Source: Thermoanaerobaculia bacterium
GTDB lineage: Bacteria > Acidobacteriota > Thermoanaerobaculia > UBA5066
Length of the DNA stretch: 64,000 nucleotides
NCBI GenBank assembly: GCA_038245905.1
Contig: JBBRRY010000002.1
Location: 96,001 to 160,000 of the forward strand
Reading direction: 5' to 3'
The position numbers and the translations under genes are program-made. Below the pieces are notes generated by a model. That model was not told where the DNA came from. It searched no databases and worked only from the letters and a program-made list of their open reading frames with translations. Positions 9,612-18,819 of the stretch are shown piece after piece; the first letter of the stretch is position 1, and each line of letters opens with the position of its first letter.

Positions 9612-10543
9612 GCGGCGGATGATGCCCCAGTCGCGACGGGGGTCGCCCTTCCCGGGAGCGTCGTCCACGAGAGCGCTTTGACGGGAAGCGTCCCGGCGGA
9701 GAGCAGCGGCCTGCAAATTTCTTCGAAGGTGAGAAACGAGACTCCGTCGTTCCTCCACGCGGAGAGCAGCGAGGCGAACGGCGCGGAAAAGGAGGCCGCG
9801 CCCTCGATCTCCGTGTGGATCGAATGGACATTCAGTCCCTTCTTCACATTCACTCGAAGAAATTCGCAGGCCTTTTCCGCCTGAGTCCCGGCGCCACGAA
9901 GCGGGAGGGCGAGCAGCTCGTCCAGCGTCGGCAGCGTCGTCGGGATCTCGAGCACCTTGCTCGGCGTCCCGTCGGCGCGCATCGCGAAGAACGGGCCGCC
10001 GCCGCGTGTGTCCGACGTGGCCAAGACCCCGTGCGCCTCCTGGACTTCGACGGAGAGGGGCGTCGCCGTCCAGCCGGGCGCGGCCTGCAGCGTCGCGGGC
10101 TTGCCGAAGATCTCCCGAAAGCGGGTGTGCTCCTTCGCGACGACCGTCTCGATCTCCCCGCGCGTCATCTTCGGGAGGTTGTCGTGCCAGTCGATGTGGT
10201 CCCAGGCGTGGATGCCTACCGAGTGCCCCGCGGCTGCCACCTCGCGCATTCGCGCCACGGTCTCGGGGCGGCCACCGATATCGGGCGCGGGGAGGAGCGT
10301 CCCGTAGAGCATCGTTCGTAGCCCGTACGATGCGGCAGGATTCGCGGCGAGAACTTTCTTCACGAAGCCCTTCCGGAAGATCCGCTTGATCGCCTTGCCG
10401 CTCGTGTCGGGGCCCAGCGAGAAGAAGAACGTCGCCTTCACGCCCTCCTTCGCGAAAAGGTCGACGAGGCGCGGCACGCCCTCGAGCGTCCCGCGGTACG
10501 TGTCGACGTCAACCTTGAGAGCGACTCTCGCGGAGCTGCTCAA
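9608..10543 (-). CDS. arnD: Undecaprenyl-phosphate-Ara4FN deformylase (polysaccharide deacetylase fold)
   Basis: [57 protein letters not shown]; follows the arnA halves. Confidence 0.8.
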   Translation of the reverse strand: MSSSARVALKVDVDTYRGTLEGVPRLVDLFAKEGVKATFFFSLGPDTSGKAIKRIFRKGFVKKVLAANPAASYGLRTMLYGTLLPAPDIGGRPETVARMREVAAAGHSVGIHAWDHIDWHDNLPKMTRGEIETVVAKEHTRFREIFGKPATLQAAPGWTATPLSVEVQEAHGVLATSDTRGGGPFFAMRADGTPSKVLEIPTTLPTLDELLALPLRGAGTQAEKACEFLRVNVKKGLNVHSIHTEIEGAASFSAPFASLLSAWRNDGVSFLTFEEICRPLLSAGTLPVKALSWTTLPGRATPVATGASSAA

Positions 10544-11571
10544 ACTTCGGGGGGCTTGCGGCCCTTGAGGTAGAAGTCCAGCGTCTTTCCGAGGCCGGTC
10601 GGGAAGTCCGTCTTCGGCGTCCAGCCGAGGAGCTTCTTCGCCTTCGCGACCGACGGGACGCGCGTCGTGATGTCCTGGTAACCCTCGCCGTAGTACTGCG
10701 CCGACGTGACCTTCACGATCCGGGTCTTCTTCGCGGCGGCCGCGAACTTCGGATACGTCGCGACCGCGTCGATGAGCGTGTGGGCGAGCGTCTCGATCGA
10801 AAGGTCGGCAGAGGGATTTCCGAGATTGAAGATCTGGCTGTCAGCCTTTCGCTTCGGATTCTCGAGGATCGTCATGAGGCCATCGATGCCGTCCTCGATG
10901 TAGGTGAAGCAGCGGCGCTGCGCGCCGCCGTCCACGAGCTTGATGGGCACGCCGTAGAGGATGTTGTGGAGGAACTGCGTGAGGACGCGGCTGGAACCTT
11001 CCTTCGGCGCGTCCACGTTGTCGAGATTCGGCCCGTACCAGTTGAACGGCCGGAAGAGCGTGTACTGGAGGCCCTGCGCGGCACCCAGCGCCGCGATCAC
11101 CCGGTCGAGAAGCTGCTTGGAGGCGGAGTAGATCCAGCGCGGCTTCGCGATGGGGCCGTATACGAGCGGCGACCGGTCCTCGTCGAACTCCTTGTCGGGG
11201 CACATCCCGTAGACCTCGGAGGTGGACGGGAAGACGACACGCTTGCCGTACTTGGCGGCCATCTTGACGATGCGAAGGTTCTCCTCGAAGTCCAGCTCGA
11301 AGACGGAGAGCGGGTTCTTCACGTAGGTCGCCGGAGTCGCGATCGCCACGAGCGGCAGCACGACGTCGCACTTCTTGACGTGGTACTCGATCCACTCCCG
11401 GTTGATCGAGATGTCGCCCTCGAGAAACCGGAAGCGTTTCTCCGACAGGAACTCCTCGATGCGGTCGCTGCCGACGTCGAGGCCGAAGACCTCCCAGTCG
11501 GTGCCCGTGAGGATCCGGCGTGTGAGGGCGTTTCCGATGAAGCCGTTGACGCCGAGGATCAGGACTCTCAT
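10540..11571 (-). CDS. arnA: UDP-glucuronic acid oxidase/decarboxylase (ArnA C-terminal half, stand-alone)
   Basis: [64 protein letters not shown]. Confidence 0.9.
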   Translation of the reverse strand: MRVLILGVNGFIGNALTRRILTGTDWEVFGLDVGSDRIEEFLSEKRFRFLEGDISINREWIEYHVKKCDVVLPLVAIATPATYVKNPLSVFELDFEENLRIVKMAAKYGKRVVFPSTSEVYGMCPDKEFDEDRSPLVYGPIAKPRWIYSASKQLLDRVIAALGAAQGLQYTLFRPFNWYGPNLDNVDAPKEGSSRVLTQFLHNILYGVPIKLVDGGAQRRCFTYIEDGIDGLMTILENPKRKADSQIFNLGNPSADLSIETLAHTLIDAVATYPKFAAAAKKTRIVKVTSAQYYGEGYQDITTRVPSVAKAKKLLGWTPKTDFPTGLGKTLDFYLKGRKPPEV

Positions 11572-12512
11572 GTGTCTTCCTTTACGCGCGGAAAGATGCC
11601 CGACGGGCGGACGAGCCAGTCGCGGAAGGCCGCGGCGTCGAGATCCTTGCCGCCTTCGGGGCGCGCCGCCAGGATCTCGATCGTATGGTCGTCGCCCGCG
11701 AAGACGATCACGGAGCGCTCCGTCAGCTCGACCTTTCCCGGGAACACGTCGTGCCCGCCGTGGGGCGACAGCCGGGTCTTCCAGACCGTGACCTTCTTTC
11801 CGAAGACGTCCGTGAAGGCCCCCGGCCAGGGTTTCGAAACGGCGCGCACGAGGTCGTGGACCTCCTTCGCGGACTGAGACCAGTCGATCGCGCCGTCCTC
11901 GAGCTTGCGGCCGCCGAAATACGAGCCCTTCGAGAGATCGAGCGGGATGCGCGGCGCGTCGCCCGCCTTGAGCCGCGGAAGGGCCCGTGCGAGCACGACG
12001 GCCGCCGCATCCGACACGCGGCGCGAAACGGCCAGCGCATCGTCCGCCGGACTGATCGGGACCCGTTCCTGGTCCACGAGGTCGCCGGCGTCGGGCTTCT
12101 CGGTCATGTAGTGCAGCGACGCGCCCGTCTCCGTCGCGCCCTTCAGGATCGCCCAGTTCACGGGCGAGCGGCCCCGGAAGAGGGGCAGGAGCGAGCCGTG
12201 CATGTTCAGGGCTCCGCGGCGCGCGAGCGACAGGATGCGTCCCGGAATCATCTTCCTGAAGTAGAACGAGAAGAGGAAATCGGGCTGGACGGCGCGAATG
12301 CGCTCTTCGTCGGCCGGGTCGCCGAGGTCGGCGACGCGCCGCGGCTCGATGCCGTGCTCACGCGCAAGCTCGGCCACGGAATCGAACCAGCGCTCTTCGC
12401 CTTCGACGTCGTCGTGCGTGTAGACGAGGCGCACGCTCTCGCCGGCGTCGAAAAGCGTCTTCAGGCACTTGTAGCCGACGTCGGAGTAGGCGCAAACGAC
12501 GATTCCGCCCAT
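11568..12512 (-). CDS. UDP-L-Ara4N formyltransferase (ArnA N-terminal half, stand-alone)
   Basis: [42 protein letters not shown]; start at 12512 or 12524. Confidence 0.85.
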   Translation of the reverse strand: MGGIVVCAYSDVGYKCLKTLFDAGESVRLVYTHDDVEGEERWFDSVAELAREHGIEPRRVADLGDPADEERIRAVQPDFLFSFYFRKMIPGRILSLARRGALNMHGSLLPLFRGRSPVNWAILKGATETGASLHYMTEKPDAGDLVDQERVPISPADDALAVSRRVSDAAAVVLARALPRLKAGDAPRIPLDLSKGSYFGGRKLEDGAIDWSQSAKEVHDLVRAVSKPWPGAFTDVFGKKVTVWKTRLSPHGGHDVFPGKVELTERSVIVFAGDDHTIEILAARPEGGKDLDAAAFRDWLVRPSGIFPRVKEDT

Positions 12513-13468
12513 CAGGTCCCCCACACTTTCCGGATGAGAAAGCGCGGCCGGCCGCGCACTTGCTGGTAAATCCGGCCGACGTATTCGCCGACGATGCCGA
12601 TTCCGGCCATGAGGACGCCCATGACGACGAAAGCCAGCGCGAAGAGCGTGAAGACGCCGTCCACCTCGACGCCGACGACGAGCCGGCGCGCGAGGAGGAA
12701 GACGCCGAAACCGACGCCAGAAAGGGCCGTCACGAAGCCGAAGAGGGAGAACATCTGCAGGGGGACCACGGAAAAACCGGTCATGAGGTCGAAGTTGAGC
12801 CGCACGAGCTTGTAGAGAGAATACTTCGACTCCCCCGCCGTGCGTTCGGCGTGCGCCACCGGGATCTCGACCGGTTTGCGGGCGTATTGCTGGGCGAGCG
12901 CCGGGATGAACGTGGCCGCTTCGTCCGAGGCAGACATGACGTCCACGACGTCGCGGTGATAGCCACGGAGCATGCAGCCGTAGTCGTTCAGCTTCATCCC
13001 CGTGATGACCGCTGTCGTGCGGTTCACGAGACGCGACGCGGCGCGCCGGAAGAACGTGTCCTGCCGGTTCTCGCGGATCGTGCCGACCACGTCGTGTCCG
13101 GCGTCCATTGCCGCGACGACCTTCGGGATCTCCTCCGGCGGATTCTGGAGGTCCGCGTCGAGCGTGATGACGTACTCGCCGTCCGTCGCCGTGAAGCCCG
13201 CGAGAATCGCCATGTGCTGCCCGGCGTTGCGCACCAGCTCGACGACCTTCACGATGCCTGGATTGTCCCGCGCGGCCGCCTTGAGAATCTCGAGCGAGCC
13301 GTCGCGCGAGCCGTCGTCCGCGAAGACGACCTCGTATGGCCGCGAGAGGCCGGCGAGAACGGGCAGGAGGCGCGGGAGAAGAAGCGGGAGGTTCGCCTCC
13401 TCGTTGAAGACAGGCACGACGACGGAAACCTTGCGGAGCACGCTCGGCGGAAAGGTCGGGACGCTCAT
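12512..13468 (-). CDS. arnC: Undecaprenyl-phosphate Ara4FN transferase (GT2)
   Basis: PVFNEE, DDGSRD, RNAGQHMAILAG, LDADLQNPPEEIP, DYGCMLRGY, two C-terminal TMs, GEYVGRIY. Confidence 0.85.
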   Translation of the reverse strand: MSVPTFPPSVLRKVSVVVPVFNEEANLPLLLPRLLPVLAGLSRPYEVVFADDGSRDGSLEILKAAARDNPGIVKVVELVRNAGQHMAILAGFTATDGEYVITLDADLQNPPEEIPKVVAAMDAGHDVVGTIRENRQDTFFRRAASRLVNRTTAVITGMKLNDYGCMLRGYHRDVVDVMSASDEAATFIPALAQQYARKPVEIPVAHAERTAGESKYSLYKLVRLNFDLMTGFSVVPLQMFSLFGFVTALSGVGFGVFLLARRLVVGVEVDGVFTLFALAFVVMGVLMAGIGIVGEYVGRIYQQVRGRPRFLIRKVWGT

Positions 13469-15447
13469 TGCAGCGGCTGCCCCTTCTGGAGGAGCGTGAG
13501 CCCCTCCTTCACGACCGGTTGGTTCGGGTTGACGGCGAGCGACCTCCTGAAGGCGTCCTCAGCCCGAGTCCTGTCCCCGAGACACCAGCTCGTCAGAGCG
13601 AGAAGATTCAGATTCTCCGCGTTCACGGGTGTCCTTCCCGCGAGCTCCACGAAAATCGGCTGCGCCGACGCGCAGTCCTGATCCTCGAAGAGCGCCTTTC
13701 CGAGCGAGGCGCGATAGTGGTCGTCGACTGGATACGCCGCGACGACCTTGCGCATGAAGGACACGAGCCGCCGGCGCCGCTCCCGGCTCTTCGGGGCCTC
13801 CGAATAAAGAGTCACACGGCGGTAGACGGTCCCCTCGGGATACGAGTAGCCGTTCTGGAGCGCGTTCACGAGCGCATCGTCAGACTCGTCGTATTGGCCG
13901 GTTTGCTGCAGCGCCGTCGAGAGATTCACCCAGGCGGTCGCGGACTTCGGATTCACGTCGAGCGCCTTGCGATACCACGCCGCCGCCTCAGCGGACTTTC
14001 CGCGGGCGCGCAGAAACGTCCCGACGTTCTGAAACGACCCGGCCGTCTGCGTCCCCGCGCGGTCGGCTGGCCGCGCATCCACGGCCGCTGCCTCGGCGCC
14101 CGTGAGATAGCCGAGCGCGATGAGCTGCTTCGTGAACTCGTCGGCGGATTTCCTGTCGGCGTCCGCGTTCGCCGCGACGACGAGGCGTTCGACCTTCGCC
14201 GCACGCGCCCAGGCCACCGGCTTTGCGGCTGGGCGAAGTGAGAATCCCGCGATCGGCTTCCCCTCGAAGGCCGGGTCCACGGGCAGGCCGAGGATCCGGC
14301 AGAGCGTGGGCGTGAGGTCGAAGACGCTCGCCCGCCCGCGCACGCCGGCGTGCGCCACCGCGGGGCCCGCCGCGACGAGGATGCCCGGCTGCTCGTGCCA
14401 CAGGAAAGCGGTGTCGAAAGTCGTTCCGGACGAGAAAGCCGGGCGGTCGGACCCTTGTTTGAATCCGTGGTCCGAAGCGAGGATCAGCGTCGCGCCGTCC
14501 CTCTCGGCGCGGCGCGCAATCTCTCCGAGGATGCGATCGGCCTCGACGTAGAGCGCCACAACACCGTCCTTGTATTTGTCGAAGTCTTCCTCGGAGACGG
14601 CCGCCAGCTTCGGCGTGGCATAGCGACCGAGGACGTGGCCGATCTCGTCGGTGCCCTGGAAATAGACCATCAGGAGCTCTGGAGCTCCGCGGTCATACAG
14701 CTCGACGGTGATCTTCCCGATGACGCGCGTCACGCCGAGGATCTTCCGGAAGCCGGTGATCGGATTCGAAAGATCTTTCTTCTCCGCGACGGCCGCGTCG
14801 AACTCCGCGCGCGAAACGCGTAGCGCCTGCGCGATGTCCTCGTATGCCGGCCTGCCCTCGCGCCGCCCGATGAGCCGCACGCCGTCCGCGAGACCCTCGG
14901 GCCACGTGAGCGCGGGCGACTTCGAGAGCGCCTCGGGGTCGAAGAGTACGGGCGCCGCGCGATCCGAGACGAGAAAGCCGTTCACCTTCTCCGCCGGCCA
15001 CGTCGCCCACCAGCCCACGACCCCCACGGTCGTACCTTTCGCCGACGCGAGGTTCCAGATCGCGGGCACCGCGCGTGAACGGCCGGAGATGGGCAGCCGC
15101 GCGCGCGTTTTCGGGTCCAGCTCCTGAAAGTCCGTCACGCCGTGGTCCACGGGCGTGCGGCCCGTCGCGATCGTCGTCCAGATGAGCGGCGACGCCATCG
15201 GCTGATACGTTTCGAGGTTCCAGGTCCGCCCGCGCGCGATGACTCCGGCGAGGTTCGGGAGGCGCCCTTCCTTCAGGAGCGGGTCGAGCAGCTTCCAGTC
15301 CGCCCCGTCCCAGCCCACGAGGACGACGCGCGGCCTGGATGGCGCCGGGGGCCGAGGACTTATCCCGGATACGGGCAGCGCCGCGGCGAGAAGCGCCACC
15401 GCGACGGAAACGATGAGCGCCCGCGGCTGAGGGGAAAGATGAACCAC
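13465..15447 (-). CDS. Secreted alkaline-phosphatase-superfamily (phosphodiesterase-like) enzyme with C-terminal TPRs, copy 1
   Basis: Signal peptide; GWDGAD, SPLIWTTIATG, DEIGH, SDHGF, LGYL, then TPR helices; stop overlaps the arnC start. Confidence 0.8.
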   Translation of the reverse strand: MVHLSPQPRALIVSVAVALLAAALPVSGISPRPPAPSRPRVVLVGWDGADWKLLDPLLKEGRLPNLAGVIARGRTWNLETYQPMASPLIWTTIATGRTPVDHGVTDFQELDPKTRARLPISGRSRAVPAIWNLASAKGTTVGVVGWWATWPAEKVNGFLVSDRAAPVLFDPEALSKSPALTWPEGLADGVRLIGRREGRPAYEDIAQALRVSRAEFDAAVAEKKDLSNPITGFRKILGVTRVIGKITVELYDRGAPELLMVYFQGTDEIGHVLGRYATPKLAAVSEEDFDKYKDGVVALYVEADRILGEIARRAERDGATLILASDHGFKQGSDRPAFSSGTTFDTAFLWHEQPGILVAAGPAVAHAGVRGRASVFDLTPTLCRILGLPVDPAFEGKPIAGFSLRPAAKPVAWARAAKVERLVVAANADADRKSADEFTKQLIALGYLTGAEAAAVDARPADRAGTQTAGSFQNVGTFLRARGKSAEAAAWYRKALDVNPKSATAWVNLSTALQQTGQYDESDDALVNALQNGYSYPEGTVYRRVTLYSEAPKSRERRRRLVSFMRKVVAAYPVDDHYRASLGKALFEDQDCASAQPIFVELAGRTPVNAENLNLLALTSWCLGDRTRAEDAFRRSLAVNPNQPVVKEGLTLLQKGQPLQ

Positions 15448-15467
15448 CGGAGGGATTCTACTGGCCC

Positions 15468-15498
15468 AAAGAAAATGGGCCCCGGTTACCCGGGGCCC
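15468..15498 (-). terminator. Rho-independent terminator after TBDR copy 1
   Basis: Perfect 9-bp stem GGGCCCCGG-ttac-CCGGGGCCC (15477-15498), followed on the minus strand by ATTTTCTTT. Confidence 0.8.
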
Positions 15499-15520
15499 GA
15501 AGGATTGGATCGAAACCGGT

Positions 15521-18500
15521 CTAGAAGGAAACGCGCGCGCCCACGCGGAAGACGCGGGGAGTCTGCCAGGCGATGTCCTTCCCGAAGTTCGGGTTCGTGG
15601 CGCAGGCGTTCGTGAAACCCTGCGCGGCCACGGCCGCCGTGCAGTTCGGGTTGCTCGCGGTCCCGACCTGGTGGGCCGGAGCGTTGCTGTCGATCGTGCC
15701 GTCGTTGTTGAAGAGCTCCTCGCGGCTGATGACGCCCTGCCGGTTCAGGATGTTGAAAACGTCCACGATCGGGGTGATCGAGACCTGTCCGACCCGGATG
15801 CCGTACTCGAGGTGCAGGTCGGCCTCATAGACCGCAGGCAGAGTGCCCGCGGAGCCGCGCGGCACGAGATAACCCTCCTGGCTGTAGCCGCCGCCGCACG
15901 CGATCTGATCCGGCGTGCAGCCTCGAATGGAATAGGGACGTCCCGAGGTGTAAGACGCGTTCATACCGGCCGTCAGGCCGAACGGGAAGGCGTAGTAGCC
16001 CGAGAGCTTTGCCTGGTGCGTCCGGTCGTTCCGGAGGTTGCCGTAAGCGTTGATCACGAGGCCCGGGTAGTCGAAGTCGGCGTTGATGTTCGGGTCGGTC
16101 TGACCGCCCTCTCGGGTTTGCGAGAGGTTGCCCGAGTAGTTCCCCTCGAGCTTCGAGTAGAGGTAGGACGCGAGCAGGTAGAAACGGTCCGAGAAGCGGT
16201 GGTTCACCGTGAACTCGATGCCCCGGAAGTAGCGGCGCGCCTGCGTGGACGCGCACGGCAGCCCGGCCACAAGATTGCCGTCTGCGTCGGCGTCCCCGTT
16301 CGGGTAGCAGTTCTTGTCGGTGGGATCCTTGATCGTGCCGAGGGAGTTTCCCTGGCCCGGGTTGATGAGCGCGCACGTCGCCGAGCTGCCGGGCGTGAAG
16401 TACTGCGCGATGTCGGGGTTGATCGCGACGTCGCAGCGGTCTTCCACGACCCCGCCGAGCGCCTTGTAGATGCCCTTGACGCCGATCGCCCAGTTCTTTG
16501 CGACCTCGTACTCGAAGCCCGCGATGAGCTCGTCCTGGTACATCCCCTTGAGGTTGTCCTGGACGAGCTCGCCCCCTTGCACATAGGCGAACGGGAAAAC
16601 CGTGTTGATCGGGTCGACCGAGTTCTGGCTGCTGTTGCGGACGAACATGATGTACTCGTTGCCGAGCGCGCGGGTCTGGATATCCTGGGGAACGATCTCG
16701 TAGAACCGCCCGTAGCTGCCGTAGACCTTCGACTTCCCGTTGTTCAGGAGGTCCCAGACGATGCCGATGCGCGGCGCCCATTCGTTCTGGATCTTGACGA
16801 GAGCGGTCCCCGTGTAGTCCTTCAGCGACTGTTGCTCGTACCGGAGGCCCGCGTTGATCGTGAGGTTCTTGAGAACCTTAAAGGAGTCCTGGGCGAAGAG
16901 GGCGACGTTGTCAGTCGTGGGGGTGTTGTCGACCGAGTGCGCGACCCTGTATCCGTTGCAGTTGTCGATGGCCCAGGGCTTCGCGGGGTTTATGAGCGAG
17001 GTGCAGTTCTGTTCGATGGGGGTCACCGCGAAGTAGCGGTGCTGGACGTTCCGGACGGTGGTCCCGGCCGCGTTCAGCCGAAGCGTCAGGCGGTCGTTGC
17101 CGCCGTACGTCTCGCTGAAGTCGGAGTTCAGGTGCTCCCAGTCGATGCCGCCCTTGATCTCATGGGTCCCCATGAAGAAGGTGCCGGAGGCCTTGTAGAC
17201 GTTGCGGTGATAGAGCTCGTCCCGGAGGATGACGGGTCCCGACCCGGGGAGCGCTTCCGTCGTGTATCCGGCCTGGCTCTGCTCCCGGTATAGAGAGCTC
17301 GAGAACGGCGAGGTCTCGCCGGCTTTGTCCTGGTGAAACCCGAACTGCGCCTGCACGAGGAAGTTCGTGCCGAAGATTCCGTCGTATTTCGCCGAGAAGT
17401 CCGCGCCGCCGACCTTGCGGTCGATCCGGTTCGAGGTCTCCGAGCCGACGGCCGTGTTCGACGCGCGCCCCTCGAACGTGCCCGGATCGCCAAAGACCGA
17501 GGCCGCGAGCGTGTTCGACTCGCCGAGGCGGAACGTGAGCTTGCCGGAGTAGAGGTCGTTTCGGACGTTGTCCGTTCCCGTCGTGAAGACCGCTTGTCTC
17601 AGTGCCGGGATAGAGTTTCGAGTCGTGGCGAGGCCGCGCTCGTAGGGCTGGTCCTGCGAGACCCGGTCGTACGCACCGAAGAACCAGAGCCGGTCCTTGA
17701 CGAAGAACCCGCCGAGGTCCGCGCCGGCGTCGATGCGCTTTGGCACGGAGTACGCGCCCTGAAGGACCGTGTGGCGATCCTCGGTCTTGCCGTCGCCGGC
17801 GGCCAGGGAGTCGTTGTCGTAGTACCCGAAGACGTCTCCCTTGAACTCGTTGCCCCCCGATTTCGTGATCACGTTGATCGTCCCGCCGAGGACGCGGCCA
17901 TATTCGGCCTCGTAGCCCCCCGTCCTCACTTCGACTTCCTGCACGAACTCGTTGTTCAGCGTCTTGGCCTGGGTGCCGATCTTGACGCCGGTCGTGTTCA
18001 CGCCGTCGATGATGTAGGAATTCTCGAGGCCCGTCGCGCCGTAGACCGTGACGTTGCCGGAGACGTCCGTTCCCGTTCCCGCGACGGTGTTCGCGATCGA
18101 GGCGAAATTCCGCCCGAGCGGCAGCCGCTGGATCGACTCGAGAGTGGCGTTCGTTCCGACCGAGGTCTTCGTCGTGTCGACGACCGGCGCCTCACCCGTG
18201 ACGACGATCTCTTCCTTGACCGAGACCGACATCGAGATGGGGATCGTTGCCGTCGCGCCTAGCTGAACGCGGATGTTCGATTTCTCCACCTTCCCGAATC
18301 CGGACAGCGATGCGACGACGGTGTAGACGCCGGGAGGGAGCGCCGGGAAACGGAAACGTCCCGCCGCGTCCGAGACTTTCGTGCGCGCGCCCTGAAGACT
18401 CGGTGACTTCGCCTCGAGCGACGCGCCGGGAAGCGGCGAGCCGTTCGTGTCGGTGACCGTGCCTTCGATGTCACCGACGGTCTGGGAATAGGCCACGTTC

Positions 18501-18562
18501 GCCGTCAAGCCGAGAACAGCGAGCGTGAGCACCAGGAACGTGCGCAGCCGACGAAATCTCAT
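15521..18562 (-). CDS. Oar-like TonB-dependent receptor with N-terminal carboxypeptidase-regulatory-like domain, copy 1
   Basis: Signal peptide, G.V.D..G.PLPGA, LPLGRNF, ENSYIIDGVNT, GGYEAEYGR..GG.INVITKSGGN, APRIG..WD, terminal RVSF. Confidence 0.9.
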   Translation of the reverse strand: MRFRRLRTFLVLTLAVLGLTANVAYSQTVGDIEGTVTDTNGSPLPGASLEAKSPSLQGARTKVSDAAGRFRFPALPPGVYTVVASLSGFGKVEKSNIRVQLGATATIPISMSVSVKEEIVVTGEAPVVDTTKTSVGTNATLESIQRLPLGRNFASIANTVAGTGTDVSGNVTVYGATGLENSYIIDGVNTTGVKIGTQAKTLNNEFVQEVEVRTGGYEAEYGRVLGGTINVITKSGGNEFKGDVFGYYDNDSLAAGDGKTEDRHTVLQGAYSVPKRIDAGADLGGFFVKDRLWFFGAYDRVSQDQPYERGLATTRNSIPALRQAVFTTGTDNVRNDLYSGKLTFRLGESNTLAASVFGDPGTFEGRASNTAVGSETSNRIDRKVGGADFSAKYDGIFGTNFLVQAQFGFHQDKAGETSPFSSSLYREQSQAGYTTEALPGSGPVILRDELYHRNVYKASGTFFMGTHEIKGGIDWEHLNSDFSETYGGNDRLTLRLNAAGTTVRNVQHRYFAVTPIEQNCTSLINPAKPWAIDNCNGYRVAHSVDNTPTTDNVALFAQDSFKVLKNLTINAGLRYEQQSLKDYTGTALVKIQNEWAPRIGIVWDLLNNGKSKVYGSYGRFYEIVPQDIQTRALGNEYIMFVRNSSQNSVDPINTVFPFAYVQGGELVQDNLKGMYQDELIAGFEYEVAKNWAIGVKGIYKALGGVVEDRCDVAINPDIAQYFTPGSSATCALINPGQGNSLGTIKDPTDKNCYPNGDADADGNLVAGLPCASTQARRYFRGIEFTVNHRFSDRFYLLASYLYSKLEGNYSGNLSQTREGGQTDPNINADFDYPGLVINAYGNLRNDRTHQAKLSGYYAFPFGLTAGMNASYTSGRPYSIRGCTPDQIACGGGYSQEGYLVPRGSAGTLPAVYEADLHLEYGIRVGQVSITPIVDVFNILNRQGVISREELFNNDGTIDSNAPAHQVGTASNPNCTAAVAAQGFTNACATNPNFGKDIAWQTPRVFRVGARVSF

Positions 18563-18571
18563 GTTGGATCT

Positions 18572-18596
18572 ACCTCCTGAAAAAAATAAAAAGAAA
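18572..18596 (-). promoter_or_regulatory. U-rich translation-initiation region plus strong SD (CAGGAGGT) of TBDR copy 1
   Basis: Minus strand TTTCTTTTTATTTTTTTCAGGAGGT; nearly the same element at 23950-23977. Confidence 0.6.
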
Positions 18597-18675
18597 TGCG
18601 GTGAATCTCAACGCAAGAAATTCGACGTCGTCACAACGCTTGGACCCGAGACCGCGAGCAGTGCTCAGACGCAGG

Positions 18676-18691
18676 TGCAATTACCCTGCCC
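18676..18691 (-). promoter_or_regulatory. Candidate sigma54 -24/-12 promoter for TBDR copy 1
   Basis: Minus strand GGGCAGGGTAATTGCA, i.e. GG-N10-GC with TTGCA. Confidence 0.4.
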
Positions 18692-18703
18692 TGAAGTTGA
18701 GTA

Positions 18704-18732
18704 AGGCTACAGAGGGGAGGCATTGTAGTCAA
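18704..18732 (-). promoter_or_regulatory. Candidate sigma70 promoter for TBDR copy 1
   Basis: Minus strand TTGACT-N17-TAGCCT. Confidence 0.45.
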
Positions 18733-18819
18733 AGGGGAAAAAACCGCAGGGGTGATGGTTATCCACCGCCGAATCCAAGAAAGCAGATCTGAGTCCCATT
18801 CGCTGGTCACGTTCCGGTT

